A stretch of 64,000 nt of DNA from the human T2T-CHM13v2.0 reference genome, Homo sapiens, in assembly GCF_009914755.1 (NCBI RefSeq), contig NC_060926.1. One strand, 5' to 3'. Below the pieces are notes generated by a model, which worked only from the letters and a program-made list of their open reading frames with translations, was not told the origin of the DNA and searched no databases. Below, piece after piece: positions 52,000 to 64,000 of the stretch. Positions within the stretch are counted from its first letter, which is position 1. Each line of letters starts with the position of its first letter. The position numbers were made by a program, and so were the translations under genes.

Positions 52000-52255
52000 G
52001 TAAATAATAATGGTTCCATTTATTAAGCGCTTGCTCTGTGCTGGGTAGGTGTTAAGAACTTTCCCTGCTTTAGTCCATTTAGTTGCTCCCTGCAGCCTTA
52101 TAAGGGAAGTGCTTCTACTATTCCCATTTGATAGCAGAAAAACCTGACGCTTATACAGGCTCCACTCCTTGCTCAAGGTCATCCTCGTGGTCATCCTAGT
52201 CTAAAGTGGCAGGGTCCAAGGTGGAATTCAGAGCTCTTATGGCCTAAGCCATATG
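52000..52255 (-). mobile_element. MIR
   Basis: ataataatggttccatttattaagcgcttgctctgtgctggg; cttgctcaaggtca. Confidence 0.75.
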
Positions 52256-52656
52256 ATATCCCTAATCTGACAGCATCCTGACGCACTAGCAGGCTTCTGC
52301 AGCTCAGGCAGGAGTCATCAAAGTTTGCCGAGTGCCTATTTTTTAAGCTCTAACCATGCCCTGATAACAGCTCATCGTATATCAAGACTGCTCACCTTAA
52401 GGTGTGAATCTTCCACCAATACATGAGAATGTTGAACTTATAAATGATTCCAGATGTTAACCTATGAGGGAGCATTGGCTCACACATAGAATCCCAAAGG
52501 GTGATTTTCAGGGAGATCCCTTCATAATAGAGCCATTAGGAAGGACCCACACTCTACATATAGTTTTGTTTTCTCATTTGCTCCACTTGATTCTGTTGAT
52601 GACTCAGATGCCAAGACTCCAAGTCATCTTGATCTATCTCCTTCCAGGACTATCTT

Positions 52657-53024
<368 letters not shown>

Positions 53025-53711
53025 AGGACTACCTTATGTCCAGCCTTCAGATGTTATTTGCTGCCCCACCCAAAGTTAAACTGAAGGAGGATAGAAAGGA
53101 TATAAAGTGAGAAATAACTTCCTATCAGAGTTATTTTAGGACTGTTTTTATAAACAGAAGTTCAAGGACAAGTTTTTAGAGGTCTTTTCATTTTCTATCA
53201 GACTTTTTAAATTTGTTAACATCAATGCTAAAGATTTAAAAAATTAAAAATAGCATACTCTGAATTGATGGTATGACTGCTTTAGTTCCAAACCCTTTCT
53301 CACAGTTCCAGTGTCCAAATTTGTAATTACACTCATAAATGAGTTGTCACCAATCAAATAGTACTACTTTAATTGTTCCAGGCTAATGAGAAAAGAACAG
53401 AGACAGATTTAGTTAGCAAATGATGCATTCCTTCCACGTGAACTCCAAATGACATCACTGTGAACTGCAGGGATGACGGTTCTAAGGGAGTATAAAAGTG
53501 GTGAGAAAATTGACTTCAGTCCAACAAAGTTGAATAAGCATTTTAAAATTAAAGGAATAATCCATGACACAGCCCAAGTGCAAGCAGAAATTTAGTTTCA
53601 GCAAAATGAATTACGCTTGGCAATTTAAATTATTTATGTTTTGTAATTTGTTTGGTTTTAGTTTGTAAATTTGTTTTAACTTCAGAGTGATATGAATTAA
53701 AAGTATAAAGA

Positions 53712-54012
53712 GGCCAGGTGCGGTGGCTCATGCCTGTAATCCCAGCACTTTGGGAGGCCGAGGCAGGCGGATCACCTAAGGACAGGAGTTCGAGACCAGC
53801 CTGGCCAACATGATGAAACCTTGTCTCTACTAAAAATACAAAAATTAGCTGGGCATGGTGGTGGGCACCTCTAATCCCAGCTAATCAGGAGGCTGAGGCA
53901 GGAGACTAGCTTGAGCCCCTGAGGAGGAGGTTGCAGTGAGCCGAGATCATGCTTGCTGCACTCCAGCCTGGGCTACAGAGTGAGAGTCTGTCTCAAAATA
54001 AAAGTAAAAAAT
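53712..54012 (+). mobile_element. Alu (AluS-type)
   Basis: Full dimer; degenerate TSD aaaag(t/c)a(t/c)aaaga. Confidence 0.95.
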
Positions 54013-54722
54013 AAAAGCACAAAGAGTTTATATCCAATTTTATATTTATGCATATTTAAGTAATATGAGGATAAAGATACTCTAATTCCATATTGGAGGG
54101 TCCATGAAAACATTTATTTTTGAAAAATGTACACACAATGGAGTTTGTTCCCGATCAGCATGGGAGCTTGATTCCTATGGTTCTGGGTTAGGTCTCCAGT
54201 GGTACTGCGGACTGCCAGAATCAGCTCCCCATGGACCAAAGATGGCAAATACATGACATGCAGGATGATACCAACACATTGCACTTAATATTTTTTTTGA
54301 GTTTTTAATTTTTTTCTATTCTCAACTCAAGTTAATGTTTCAATTACATTGAAAATGAGGAAATGAAAAAAAGGATGGGTTTTTAATCAATTGAATTTCC
54401 ATTTGGGTTTCATTAAAATTGCAATGGATGTTATTATGGAAAAGTGTGTCTCAAAAAATAATGATAATATCAGTTGTTTCTATTCTTGTGATAGTGATAA
54501 GGCAACATTAGGTGAGATGCTGGGAAGCACAGTGTTCCCCAATGTTAGGCAACTTAAAACTGTTCAAGTTAAGCGTGGTGGCAAGAAGTATATTAAGATA
54601 TTCCTTTGCTGAAAAGGCCGGTGTGAGCAGTGCTGTCATCTTTAACAGTTCTATCGTATTAACTTGTTACAAATACCACTTATAAACTAACCCAAGTAAT
54701 CTCATCAAGTTTGGATATTATT

Positions 54723-55013
54723 GGCCAGGCATGGTGACTCACACCTGTAATCTCCGCATTTTGGAAGGCCAAGGCAGGCAGATCACCTGAGGTTAGGAGT
54801 TCGAGACCAGCCTGGCCAACATGGTGAGGCCCTATGTCTACTAAAAGTACAAAAATTTGCCAGGTGTGGTGGCACACACGTGTAGTCCCAGCTACTCAGG
54901 AGGGTGAGGCAGGAGAATGGCCTGAGATTGCAGTGAGCCGAGATGGTGCCACTGCACTACAGCATGGACGACAGAGAGAGACTCCGTCTCAAGAAAAAAA
55001 AAAAAAAAGAAAA
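54723..55013 (+). mobile_element. Alu (AluS-type) with a small right-arm deletion
   Basis: gagaatggcctgagattgcagtg skips the gaacccgggagg segment; TSD ttggatattat. Confidence 0.93.
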
Positions 55014-55769
55014 AGGTTGGATATTATAACTGAATTTTGTATTTAGCATGTCAATGGTTTTTAAATCTTGACTTTTCTGGTGACTTTACCATGAATTCAA
55101 ATGTCTATTAAATAAGCCTCAATTCAACTTAGTTTGATCTTAAAATAAGACTTAATTATATTAAACTTCAAAACATAATCCAGCTAAATTAAAAAAAAAA
55201 ACAAAATTGCACCATCATGGATTACAAGTGAGTTTTATCTAAAAGTTGTATTTTTATAACTGCAGAGAATTATTTGTAAAATGTTTGTAAATGGTATTTT
55301 AAATAATCCCAAATCAATAGCTTTAAATAACGCTCACAAGGAGGAACTAGTTTTCAGTATTTGACCATTCTTTTTCTTACTAAAATGTGTTACAATATAT
55401 TCATTTTGTAATTTTCTCATTCAGATAAACAACACAATTACATTTAACAAGTCATGTTGGAAGTTGTTTTTATGTAAAGATTTTGAAAACAAACAACATA
55501 TTTTCTTAGATACACTGATTGCTTCCGAATAGAAATATGAGTAAATACTCTTTTACATCATTGAATCATCTTCAAAATTAGTAATTATATGCCGCTGTGG
55601 AAATAAATAGTGAACAAGGCACTTTTTAAATATTCATATGCCAGGAAAACTATTTGGTAGTTAGTTGTTAATAAATTAATGCAGAATTTTGAAATATATT
55701 CTTTCCATAAAAAATTGTTTATGAAGATTATATAATTAGGTATTTAAGCTAAAACCTGACTGTTGTCCT

Positions 55770-55928
55770 TGCATCTGATTGTGAGCTTCCTGAGGACAGG
55801 ACAGGAACAATCTAATTAATCTCCATGTTCCTAGAGGCTAAACTAAAGCCTCTTACAGGGAAGCCTTGTTAACTGAACTGAACTGAATTGAATGAAAGTG
55901 AATTTAATGAAATTGAAATGGATTAAAT
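55770..55928 (+). mobile_element. L2 3' terminus with a (TGAA)-type tail
   Basis: gattgtgagcttcctgaggacagg...ttgttaactgaactgaactgaattgaatgaa. Confidence 0.7.
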
Positions 55929-56194
55929 TACAATAAAATGTATGCCTTTAAATTATTGGTGCAAGATTGTGAATCAGCCTTATATAATCACATCACAGGG
56001 ACACTGTCAAATTTGCCTTCCCTCTGCTAGTAGGCCTACTTCCTTTACTCCTCCTATCAAACATCCTGGTTACCCAGAGACAACTGATACAACAATGAGA
56101 AGAGGCTTTGGCTGGATTTAAAAATAAAAACAGAAACAGTGCAGTCAGATGTGCCAAAGTTTCCACTGTGGCTTAGGGATAAGAGCAGAGAACA

Positions 56195-56390
56195 AAAATC
56201 ACAAAGACTTGGATTCCAATCCAAGGTCTATATTTAGGAGTTTTGCAACTTGAGCAAGGCATTGAATCTCCTTAGCTCCAGGTTCTTCTTTCATAAGATG
56301 AGGATAACTTACCCTCTGGGTGCTGGCATGGTTAAATTTGGCCATGCATGCAAAGTTGTAAGCCCATAATAGGTTCTCTCTAAAGGTTGG
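56195..56390 (+). mobile_element. MIR
   Basis: gacttggattccaatcc; caacttgagcaaggcattgaatctc; aagatgaggataa. Confidence 0.7.
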
Positions 56391-58344
56391 TTCCTGTCTC
56401 CCTCCCTGTATCATTCACCAGCCCAAAAGTAAGTCATGCAGATGTGTCAGGCTACCTGGAACTCCAAGGAGGCCAGGACTGTGGCAAGCACTCTGTGGCC
56501 CTCAACTCTCTAGACTTTGTTGCCACTGCTGTGATAATCCCTTCTGTGACTTGATATTTGTTCCTTAACTGGAACAACAAAAAAAGAAAGTTCGCTTTCT
56601 TCTTGAGGAGTCTTTTGCTAAAGCCATCAACTCAGAAATACAAGTGAAAATGTGAGATGTTTTACGAAGCATACATGTATAACCTGCCTGTTTGGACTCT
56701 CATGATTTGCTTTACACGCTACAGCTCAGTGATATTAAAAACAAACAAACAATTATACACTTTGAATTTACCATAGTAAATTTACTGTAGCTTATCTGAA
56801 CTTCTTACTTTTCAAGGTGGCATAAGATGATAGGAAATAATATTTGTTAATTAAAGCTGTCTTCAACTTTCACATTTAAGAAAGGATCTTTAGGACAGTC
56901 AATCAATTCAAAGTTAATTCTCTCCCCTGAATTCCAAGGTGTTCGGTTCAAGAGGGACACAAAGCGGTTGAGTGTCTGACCCTCATGTGGTCTTGGGCTG
57001 TTCTAGTCCTGATGGCTCCCATAGCCCATGGCGCCGTCCTAACTCCTCCTGGCCCCTGAATGGTCTACTGGCTTCTACTGCTTGTTCTATGGCTGGACAG
57101 CCTCACCACCTGACTCCCCAATATTATTAAACCGCTGACCAGCTCTTCCCTGCTTTCACTGGTGCTATGGACCCACTGAGCCCCTGCCACATCCTCATTT
57201 AGGTCCCAGCAGAGAAGGTGAACACAGCAGCCTTGCCCCTCTCCACTCAGGCCAGACCTCTGGCTCTCAACTCAGCATCCTCTGCTCCCCAGTGGGATGG
57301 AGCAAGAACTCCTGCAGCAGCCTCATGTCACCCCGGAGCAGAGAGGCAGGGGCACTATCACTGTCCTCTCCCTGGCTGACCACTTTTCTAGCATTTGTGT
57401 TTTGCTAAGGGACAGCCTGGGAGGGATCCACCACTCAGAGTCCCATATGGTAAAGTGGGGCGAAAGCCCCTTTGTTTTCACCTTTCTCTTGTAGCTGCCT
57501 GAGGTTAGTAATTTTTGTATTCATTGCCCCACGAAGGAGACAGGACTCCAGAATTTCACCTTTTGTCTTAATCTTCCTTTCTCTTTTTCCTTAAAATAAA
57601 GGGGTTTTTATTTCTGTTTTCTGTCTAGTAGGGACTTCTACTCCACCATATCTTGCTTCTCCTCCAGTGACCTGGGTTCTCAGCTGTCTACCCCTTCCTT
57701 CCCTAGGACATTACCCTTCCTGACTCAATAAAAATGGGGGTTAGTGAGTGAGGTCACATCATCAATATCTAGTAAGAGATGTTGCAAAATATATATTTTT
57801 AAATTTAAAACCATTATTCTACACATTCAGTCCTATTTTGTCATAAAATATTTGACAGAATCTGTAGTTAGAGCAATGACCTGGTTTCTGTGGGGTTAAA
57901 ATCAGCGTAGGGTCCTCGTGTAGACAGAATAGGCAGCAGCAGCAGTCCCAGGGAGCAGAAGTCCCTGGGAGCAGTCCCAGGGCAGGAGAATCACTCCTCC
58001 ATTAATTCTTCACACCCCAAACAGGCCTGGACACGTGAGTGCTCATTAGTGCATTGCCTTGCCTTGCTTGGCAGGCTGCCCCTCCAGTGCTCGCAGAATC
58101 CTCCAACAGGCTGGGCCCTGACCCTACATTGAGGATCCTGTGAAGCAACCTTAAGCCAGAAATCCAGGAGCTCAGCCTAGATGCATGCCTAGAGGCACAT
58201 TCCATTCTCTGCTTCGGTAACCTGTCTCCCCATTTCTGAGTCTCCAGTTCAGGGCCAGTTCAATTGGATTGCTGTCACTCACAGAGGAGGTGGAAGACAG
58301 GGAGAATGAGATTTGGGCTAAGCAGACACACAGTGCACTGCTCT

Positions 58345-58535
58345 AATGGGGAGACAGCCATTGTGCTACTTTACACTTGTCTGGTCTTGGCCAAGTTATT
58401 CTCCACTCTATGGTTTAGCTTTTCATCTGTAAAATGGATACAATTTATACGATGGTATGAGGAATAAAAGTTAATTAGTATAAAGTACTTAGAACAATGC
58501 CTGACTCACAGTGAGCATTCAATAAAGCTGGTTCC
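58345..58535 (+). mobile_element. MIR
   Basis: cttggccaagttat..tttagcttttcatctgtaaaatgg; aaagtacttagaacaatgcctgac. Confidence 0.8.
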
Positions 58536-59557
58536 ATTGTTTTTTCTAGGTTTCTCATACTCCCATACCCATGCCAAATATCCCTGGTGCTGGTACCCTG
58601 CCATTCTGGTAGGCTCTCTAGCCATTCTTGTTTTCCAACGTTCTCCCACTTCCTTTGTCAACCCCCATATGCTTCCTTACCTGAGTGCCCCAATATCATC
58701 AACTGCATCATCAAACAATGCCTAATTACTACTTCATAGTCTCTAATTACTGCATGGCCCTAGCTTGCCCTGATCCTCACATTCAAAAACTTCATCCTGA
58801 CATTTACATGCTCAGGTGTTGAAGTTAGAGCTTCCTTACAATAGACTGCACTTCTACTTGTTGTAGGCCAAATCCACTGGGCCCTAAGTATGCACATCCC
58901 CTCGTCATTCTGAACAAGATCCCCTGGGAGTGGGGATTCAGCAACAGATACTACGTGCCTTCCTGTGAGACCAGGGCATCAGGTAGGAGAACAGACAGTG
59001 GAGCTTTGGGGCACAAGACAAGAGCAGCATCAAGAGACAGCAAAGGAAGCTGCCTAACATCAACATAGAAGCAGTTTTACAAAGTTTCACCTCTGGCATG
59101 TTTACAGAGCTTTTCATTTTACAAGTACGAGACACTCTCATTTTACCTCCCAGAGACACAAGGAAATGACAGAATGTATTTGAATGATGAGGGCAGTGCT
59201 TAGCACAATTTTTCCAGACGAAACCTTTCAAAGCGGCTGATGAGCCCACAAAGGGAGGATGACGGGCAGCGTCCACAGCTACTGGAGCCTTCTGCACTTT
59301 TGCACACAAGTTTCACCACTGTGCCCTTGCTGACCACTTTAGTACTCTTAATCCTCCCCACTGATGATTTTTGACCACAGAATTCAGTTCCTGCTTTTCT
59401 GCCTGATACTTTCAGTTCAGCAGCCTCCATTCTGGAACCTTCCCAGAGTTGACATTGGCTTTCATAGGACTTCATTTCTACAATACCCCCCTTGACTCCG
59501 TACATCACAGCTTGAGATTCTCCTCTTGCTCCCCGTAATGGGGTTTTCATTTACACC

Positions 59558-60106
59558 TCTGGTGAATGGACCCTAAGGTCACCCCTATAATAGCCACCCC
59601 TTGGTGTTCACACCCTTTATCACGCCTGCCTTCCACTGTGTGAGGAAGCTGTGACTTGCTTCTAGCCATCAGAATATGGCCAAGGTGAAGATATTTTGCC
59701 AGTGTAATTAAGGTCTCAAATTAGTTGATGTTGAGTTAATACAAAGTGAATGATCCTGAGTCAGCCTGACTTAGGTGAAGACCTTAAAAGAGAGGCCAGG
59801 CCCTCTGTGAGGTAAGAGCCTGTCCTTGCCGTCCTTGCTGGTTGAACAATAAGAGTGGCCATTTGGAGGTAACCCAAGTGTCAAGGAACTGTGGGCGGCC
59901 TCTAGGATCTGAGGTTGGCCTCCGGCAGGAAAACACTGGGGCCCTTACTCATACAAGGAAGTTCATTCTGCCAGCAACCCCAATGAGCCTGGAAATGATG
60001 AGCCCTCAGATGAGAACACACTCTTGCCAAGACCTCGATTGCCACCTTGTAAGAACCAAGTGGAAGATCCAACTGGGTCATGTCTGGACTCCTGACCCAC
60101 AAGAGC
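59558..60106 (+). mobile_element. MaLR LTR (MLT1E-like), 3'-truncated
   Basis: ctgtgacttgcttctagccatcagaatatggc; caaggaactgtgggcggcctctagga; cattctgccagcaacc; ggactcctgacccaca. Confidence 0.8.
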
Positions 60107-61859
60107 TTTAATATCAACTGACCAATCATACTACACCTACTGAGAAAAACTACAAAAGTATTCCAAATTGAAACAATCAAGCTGATGACCTTGGGTGGGG
60201 GGTAAAAATAAAAACACATAATACAAAACAGCAAAATGAAACCAAAATCCAAACCGAATATAGAATGGTCAGGTTGGTAAAATCATATTGAATTTAACTT
60301 GAGGTTTGGAACATTGGCTCTTTTGAGTTAGTCCCAGATTCCTTTCCAAAATGCATTACCATATGCAGCCTTTTAAAGAAACAAGTTGGCGTAGCCCTGC
60401 ACTGACAGGCGGACATTATTTAATTCTAATAGGATACCAGTGGACACTTTAGAAGCCAATTGGATGCATAAGTGCACAAAGAATAAATGGGTACAATCTC
60501 ATGGAGGTGATCAGTTTAGTCAGCAACTCTACATCCCAGGTGAGGGCAAGAAGGGGAATATTTATAGAAAGACAAAGACAATGGAAAAATATCATCGAAA
60601 GGCAGTCTTTGCCTTTGCACACACTGAAATGATATGCATACACATCATAACAACTATAAGTTTCCTTTTGGTTCCCTTACAAAGATGTCTCATATCACAG
60701 AAAAGATGCCTGAAAGTAAGAAAATGTATGCTGTTTCATTAGAAACTCTGATTTGAGGGGTTATTGCTTTTTGAAAGTTGGAGCTGAAAATAGTTTAAAG
60801 ACAAATCCATTTTAGGGATCCCCATCACTGGCCACTCTGACACTCCCCTCCGTGCCTCCAGGACAGATAGTGGGATGTGGCAAGATAGAAGAGAAGAGCT
60901 GGACAACAGGTATCTGTCACAGAAGAGTGACGTGTGTACAATGGCCACAGACACAGAACGTGGTGCAGGGTGGAATAGCGTGTTCTCTATTATAATTTTT
61001 AAGATGGGACAAGGAAATTGACCTTGAAGGATTTCAAAAGCAATCTCTTCCACTGTTGATCTTGTTTTTAGAATGTCCCTCCCTCTATTTGCTTATTTAA
61101 TCACTCTCATCCTAGATCTCTCTTCTGGAATAATTTTGAATAATTCTTATGACTGACACATAGCAGCCCTTCCTATATAGGAAGACGGCTGTCATTGTCC
61201 CTGAGTGTTCTTGTCTCCTCTTGTGAGGTTAGAGCAGGGAAGAGCAAAGTGGAAACACCATTGCCTGAGATCAGAACCCTGGGATTAGGCTCACTGCTTC
61301 TCAAGTTTCTCCCTTGTCCTCATCCTGAGACTGATCCTGGTGCTGACCACTGTCTTAACGCTGCTCTTAGTAGATCAGTCAACACAGAGTAATTCATGAG
61401 GGAGGCCCCTGATACTCAAACTATGCTCTGAAGGAACAGAGATGACGTGGGCAGAATTTCTGTTCAGAATTCAAAAGAGAAACTCCGCTTTTATGTGTTT
61501 ACATCTTTAGCTTCAATGCAAAATTTTATTTGAAGAAAATATTCTCCTATTTAAATAAAAATTGGAGAATAACCACCCTGCTCATTGCAATTTTTCACTT
61601 TATTACTGATCTAATTTGTATCAACTTTTTGCAACTTTAACTCAGGACTTTATTTCCAGGAAATCTGCATACCTGAGAAGAAGGTGAAGATTTTGATGTG
61701 CTATATATGCAGTATAAAGTAGTCACACCTAAAATTAAGTGACAGAAATCTTAAAATGAAAACCATAAGCAGAGGCAAGGAAAGCAGGGATCATAACATT
61801 GGCAATAAAAAATATGTAAGTTTGATTATAAAGAACTACTTGCTAGAACTTCATTCACT

Positions 61860-62120
61860 AAAACTAAAACATATCTGGTATTTTATTGTCCATGAGATTA
61901 TTTACATAATATTCTTGAAAAAGCAAAAATTTAGCGAGAGAAATAGAACAGTAGTAGTCCAGAAAAATTTGAGGGATGATAGACTTGTTCTACATCTTGA
62001 TTATTGTGGTGGATACATGACAATAATGTATTTATAAAACTTTACATTTAAAAAGCAAATGATACTGCATGAAAATTATACTTGGAAGATAATATAATCT
62101 TGCATATAAAAAGTATACAC
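61860..62120 (+). mobile_element. Ancient L1M 3' UTR fragment
   Basis: ttgttctacatcttgattattgtggtggatacatgac. Confidence 0.55.
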
Positions 62121-62124
62121 TTTT

Positions 62125-62408
62125 GGCCAGGTGCAGTGGCTCATGCCTGTAATCCCAACACTTTGGGAGGCCAAGGCAGGCAGATCACCTGAGGTCAGGA
62201 GTTTGAGACCAGCCTGACGAACATGGTGAAACCCCATCACTACTAAAAATACAAAATTAGCCGGGAGTGGTGGTGCATGCCTATAGTCCCAGCTACTTAG
62301 GAGGCTGAGGCAGCAGAATCGCTTGAAGCCAGGAGGCAGAGGTTGCAGTGAGCTAAGATCGCACCATTGCACTCCAGCCTAGTCAACAAGAGCAAAACTC
62401 CATCTCTC
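62125..62408 (+). mobile_element. Alu (AluSq/Sp-like) lacking a poly-A tail
   Basis: Full dimer ending caacaagagcaaaactccatctc. Confidence 0.93.
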
Positions 62409-62435
62409 TCTCTCTAGCTCTCTCTCTCTCTCTCT

Positions 62436-62502
<67 letters not shown>
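62403..62502. repeat. (TC)n-(TA)n compound microsatellite
   Basis: TC run with two ag interruptions, then (TA)n. Confidence 0.95.
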
Positions 62503-62503
<1 letters not shown>

Positions 62504-63555
62504 CTTCATCAAAATTAAAAACTTTTGGGGTGCAAATGACACCATCCAGAATTTGAAAAGACACCACAAAATGAGAGAAAATATTTACAAAGTATTTATC
62601 TGATAATGGACTCTATCTTGAATACATAAAGAATGCTTACAACTCAATGGTAGTAAGATAAACAACCAAATTAAAAATTGAAAGATTATATGACATAAAC
62701 ATTTCTCTAAGAATACACAAATAGATAATAATCTCATAAAAAGATGATTATCATCACTAGACATTAGGAAAATGGAAACAAAAACCACAATGAGATAATA
62801 CTTTATAACCACTAGGATGGTTACATTAAAATAAAACAAAACAAGACAGAAAATAACATATGTTGTTGAGAATTTGAAGAAATTGAACCCTTATACATTG
62901 CTGGTCAGAATGTAAAATGGTACAGCCGCTACTTTCAAAAACAGTTTGGCAATTCCTCAAAATGCTAAACATAGAGTTTCCATATGACTCAGCAGTTCTA
63001 CTCTTGGTTATTTACCCAAGTAAATGGAAATATATGTACACACAGAGACTTGTACATGAATATTCATAAAGCATTATTCATATTATCCCAAAAGTGGAAA
63101 CAACCCAAATGTCCATCAACTGATAAATGAATAAATAAAATGCAGCATATTCATCCAATGAGATATTATTCAACAATAAAAAAGAATAAAATACTGACAC
63201 AGGCTATGACATGGATAAACCATGAAAATATATGCTAAGTTAAAGTAGCAAGTCACAAAAGGCCATATATTGTATGATTCTATTCAGATGAAAGAGTTAG
63301 AGTAGGCATAGAGATAGAAAGCAGATTAATGCTTGTCAGGAACTAGTGGAGGGGAGAGTAATAAGAAGTGACTGCTAATGGGCAAAGAGTTTCTTTTTGG
63401 AGTGATGAAAATATCCTAACATTAGACTGTGATGATGATTGCACACATCTATGAATAAACTAAATGATGAATTGTATGGTCTGTAAATTATATAACAATA
63501 AAGCTGGTAAACTAATTACACCTCAATAAACCTGTCTCAAAAAAAAGAAAAAAAA
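62503..63555 (+). mobile_element. L1MB/L1ME-like ORF2 end plus 3' UTR
   Basis: acttcatcaaaattaaaaactttt; aaagtggaaacaacccaaatgtccatcaactgat; gagtttctttttggagtgatgaaaat; A tail at about 63540. Confidence 0.85.
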
Positions 63556-63589
63556 TTGTAAACGTGCGTACAGTCCAAAGAAAAGAGGA

Positions 63590-63960
63590 CAAAACAAATA
63601 AGCAGAAAATTTATTTAAAAAGGATATCAATTGGCAATAAAAATAAAAAAGGATGTTCAATTTATCAATTCTCAAAATAATGCAAATTTTTAAAATGAGA
63701 TATATTTTTCCCCATAAGATTTACAAAAATTAAAGATGGCCAATACCTAGTGTTGATGAAATTACAATTAAATAATATTCCCCTACTTGTGATTTATAAA
63801 TGTTCAACTGAGACCAATTTTCTAGAGTAAAGTTTGACAATATGCATCAAAATGAGTAATATGCACAACTTATCTAATTTTAAGGCACATGGAACAGAGG
63901 TTTTATATTCAGACATTCAAAAAGTGTTATAGCAGAGCACGGAATGGAAGTGACCTGCCA
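63590..63960 (+). mobile_element. Ancient L1ME-like fragment
   Basis: aatgcaaatttttaaaatgagata; aaagatggccaatacctagtgttg. Confidence 0.55.
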
Positions 63961-64000
63961 CAGAATTCCAGAGGGACTCTGCTGAGCCAGGCATTGACCT

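Noticed and set aside
56960-57720. Possible ancient LTR (and a possible hAT relic near 61380-61575)
   Set aside because: Composition is suggestive but I cannot define termini, a TSD or a family from sequence alone

Overview
Repeat-rich, non-coding primate (human/great-ape-like) DNA. I can support no host protein-coding exon, RNA gene or CpG-island promoter; the long ORFs are LINE-1 or Alu derived. Contents: about 23 Alu copies or monomers; a full-length but inactivated L1PA3-like element (24205-30381, minus strand, TSD-flanked, retaining the ~129-bp ZNF93-target segment); a twin-primed 5'-inverted L1PA2/3-like element (11502-14682); older L1 pieces; solo LTRs (ERV1/MER4-group, THE1B, MLT1 and one with a CCAAT/TATA layout); hAT DNA-transposon relics; and many MIR/L2 fragments. 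Main observation: the two young L1s are independent insertions (different TSDs) 12.7 kb apart, yet in their co-oriented 2.7 kb they share about 15 non-consensus substitutions, including two identical ORF2 nonsense codons, with essentially none shared in the inverted segment. This points to post-insertion ectopic gene conversion or recombination. The full-length L1 also carries an open, extended antisense ORF0 (157 aa) that runs out into flanking DNA. Subfamily names and consensus comparisons come from memory, counts are by hand, and the boundaries of old repeats are approximate.
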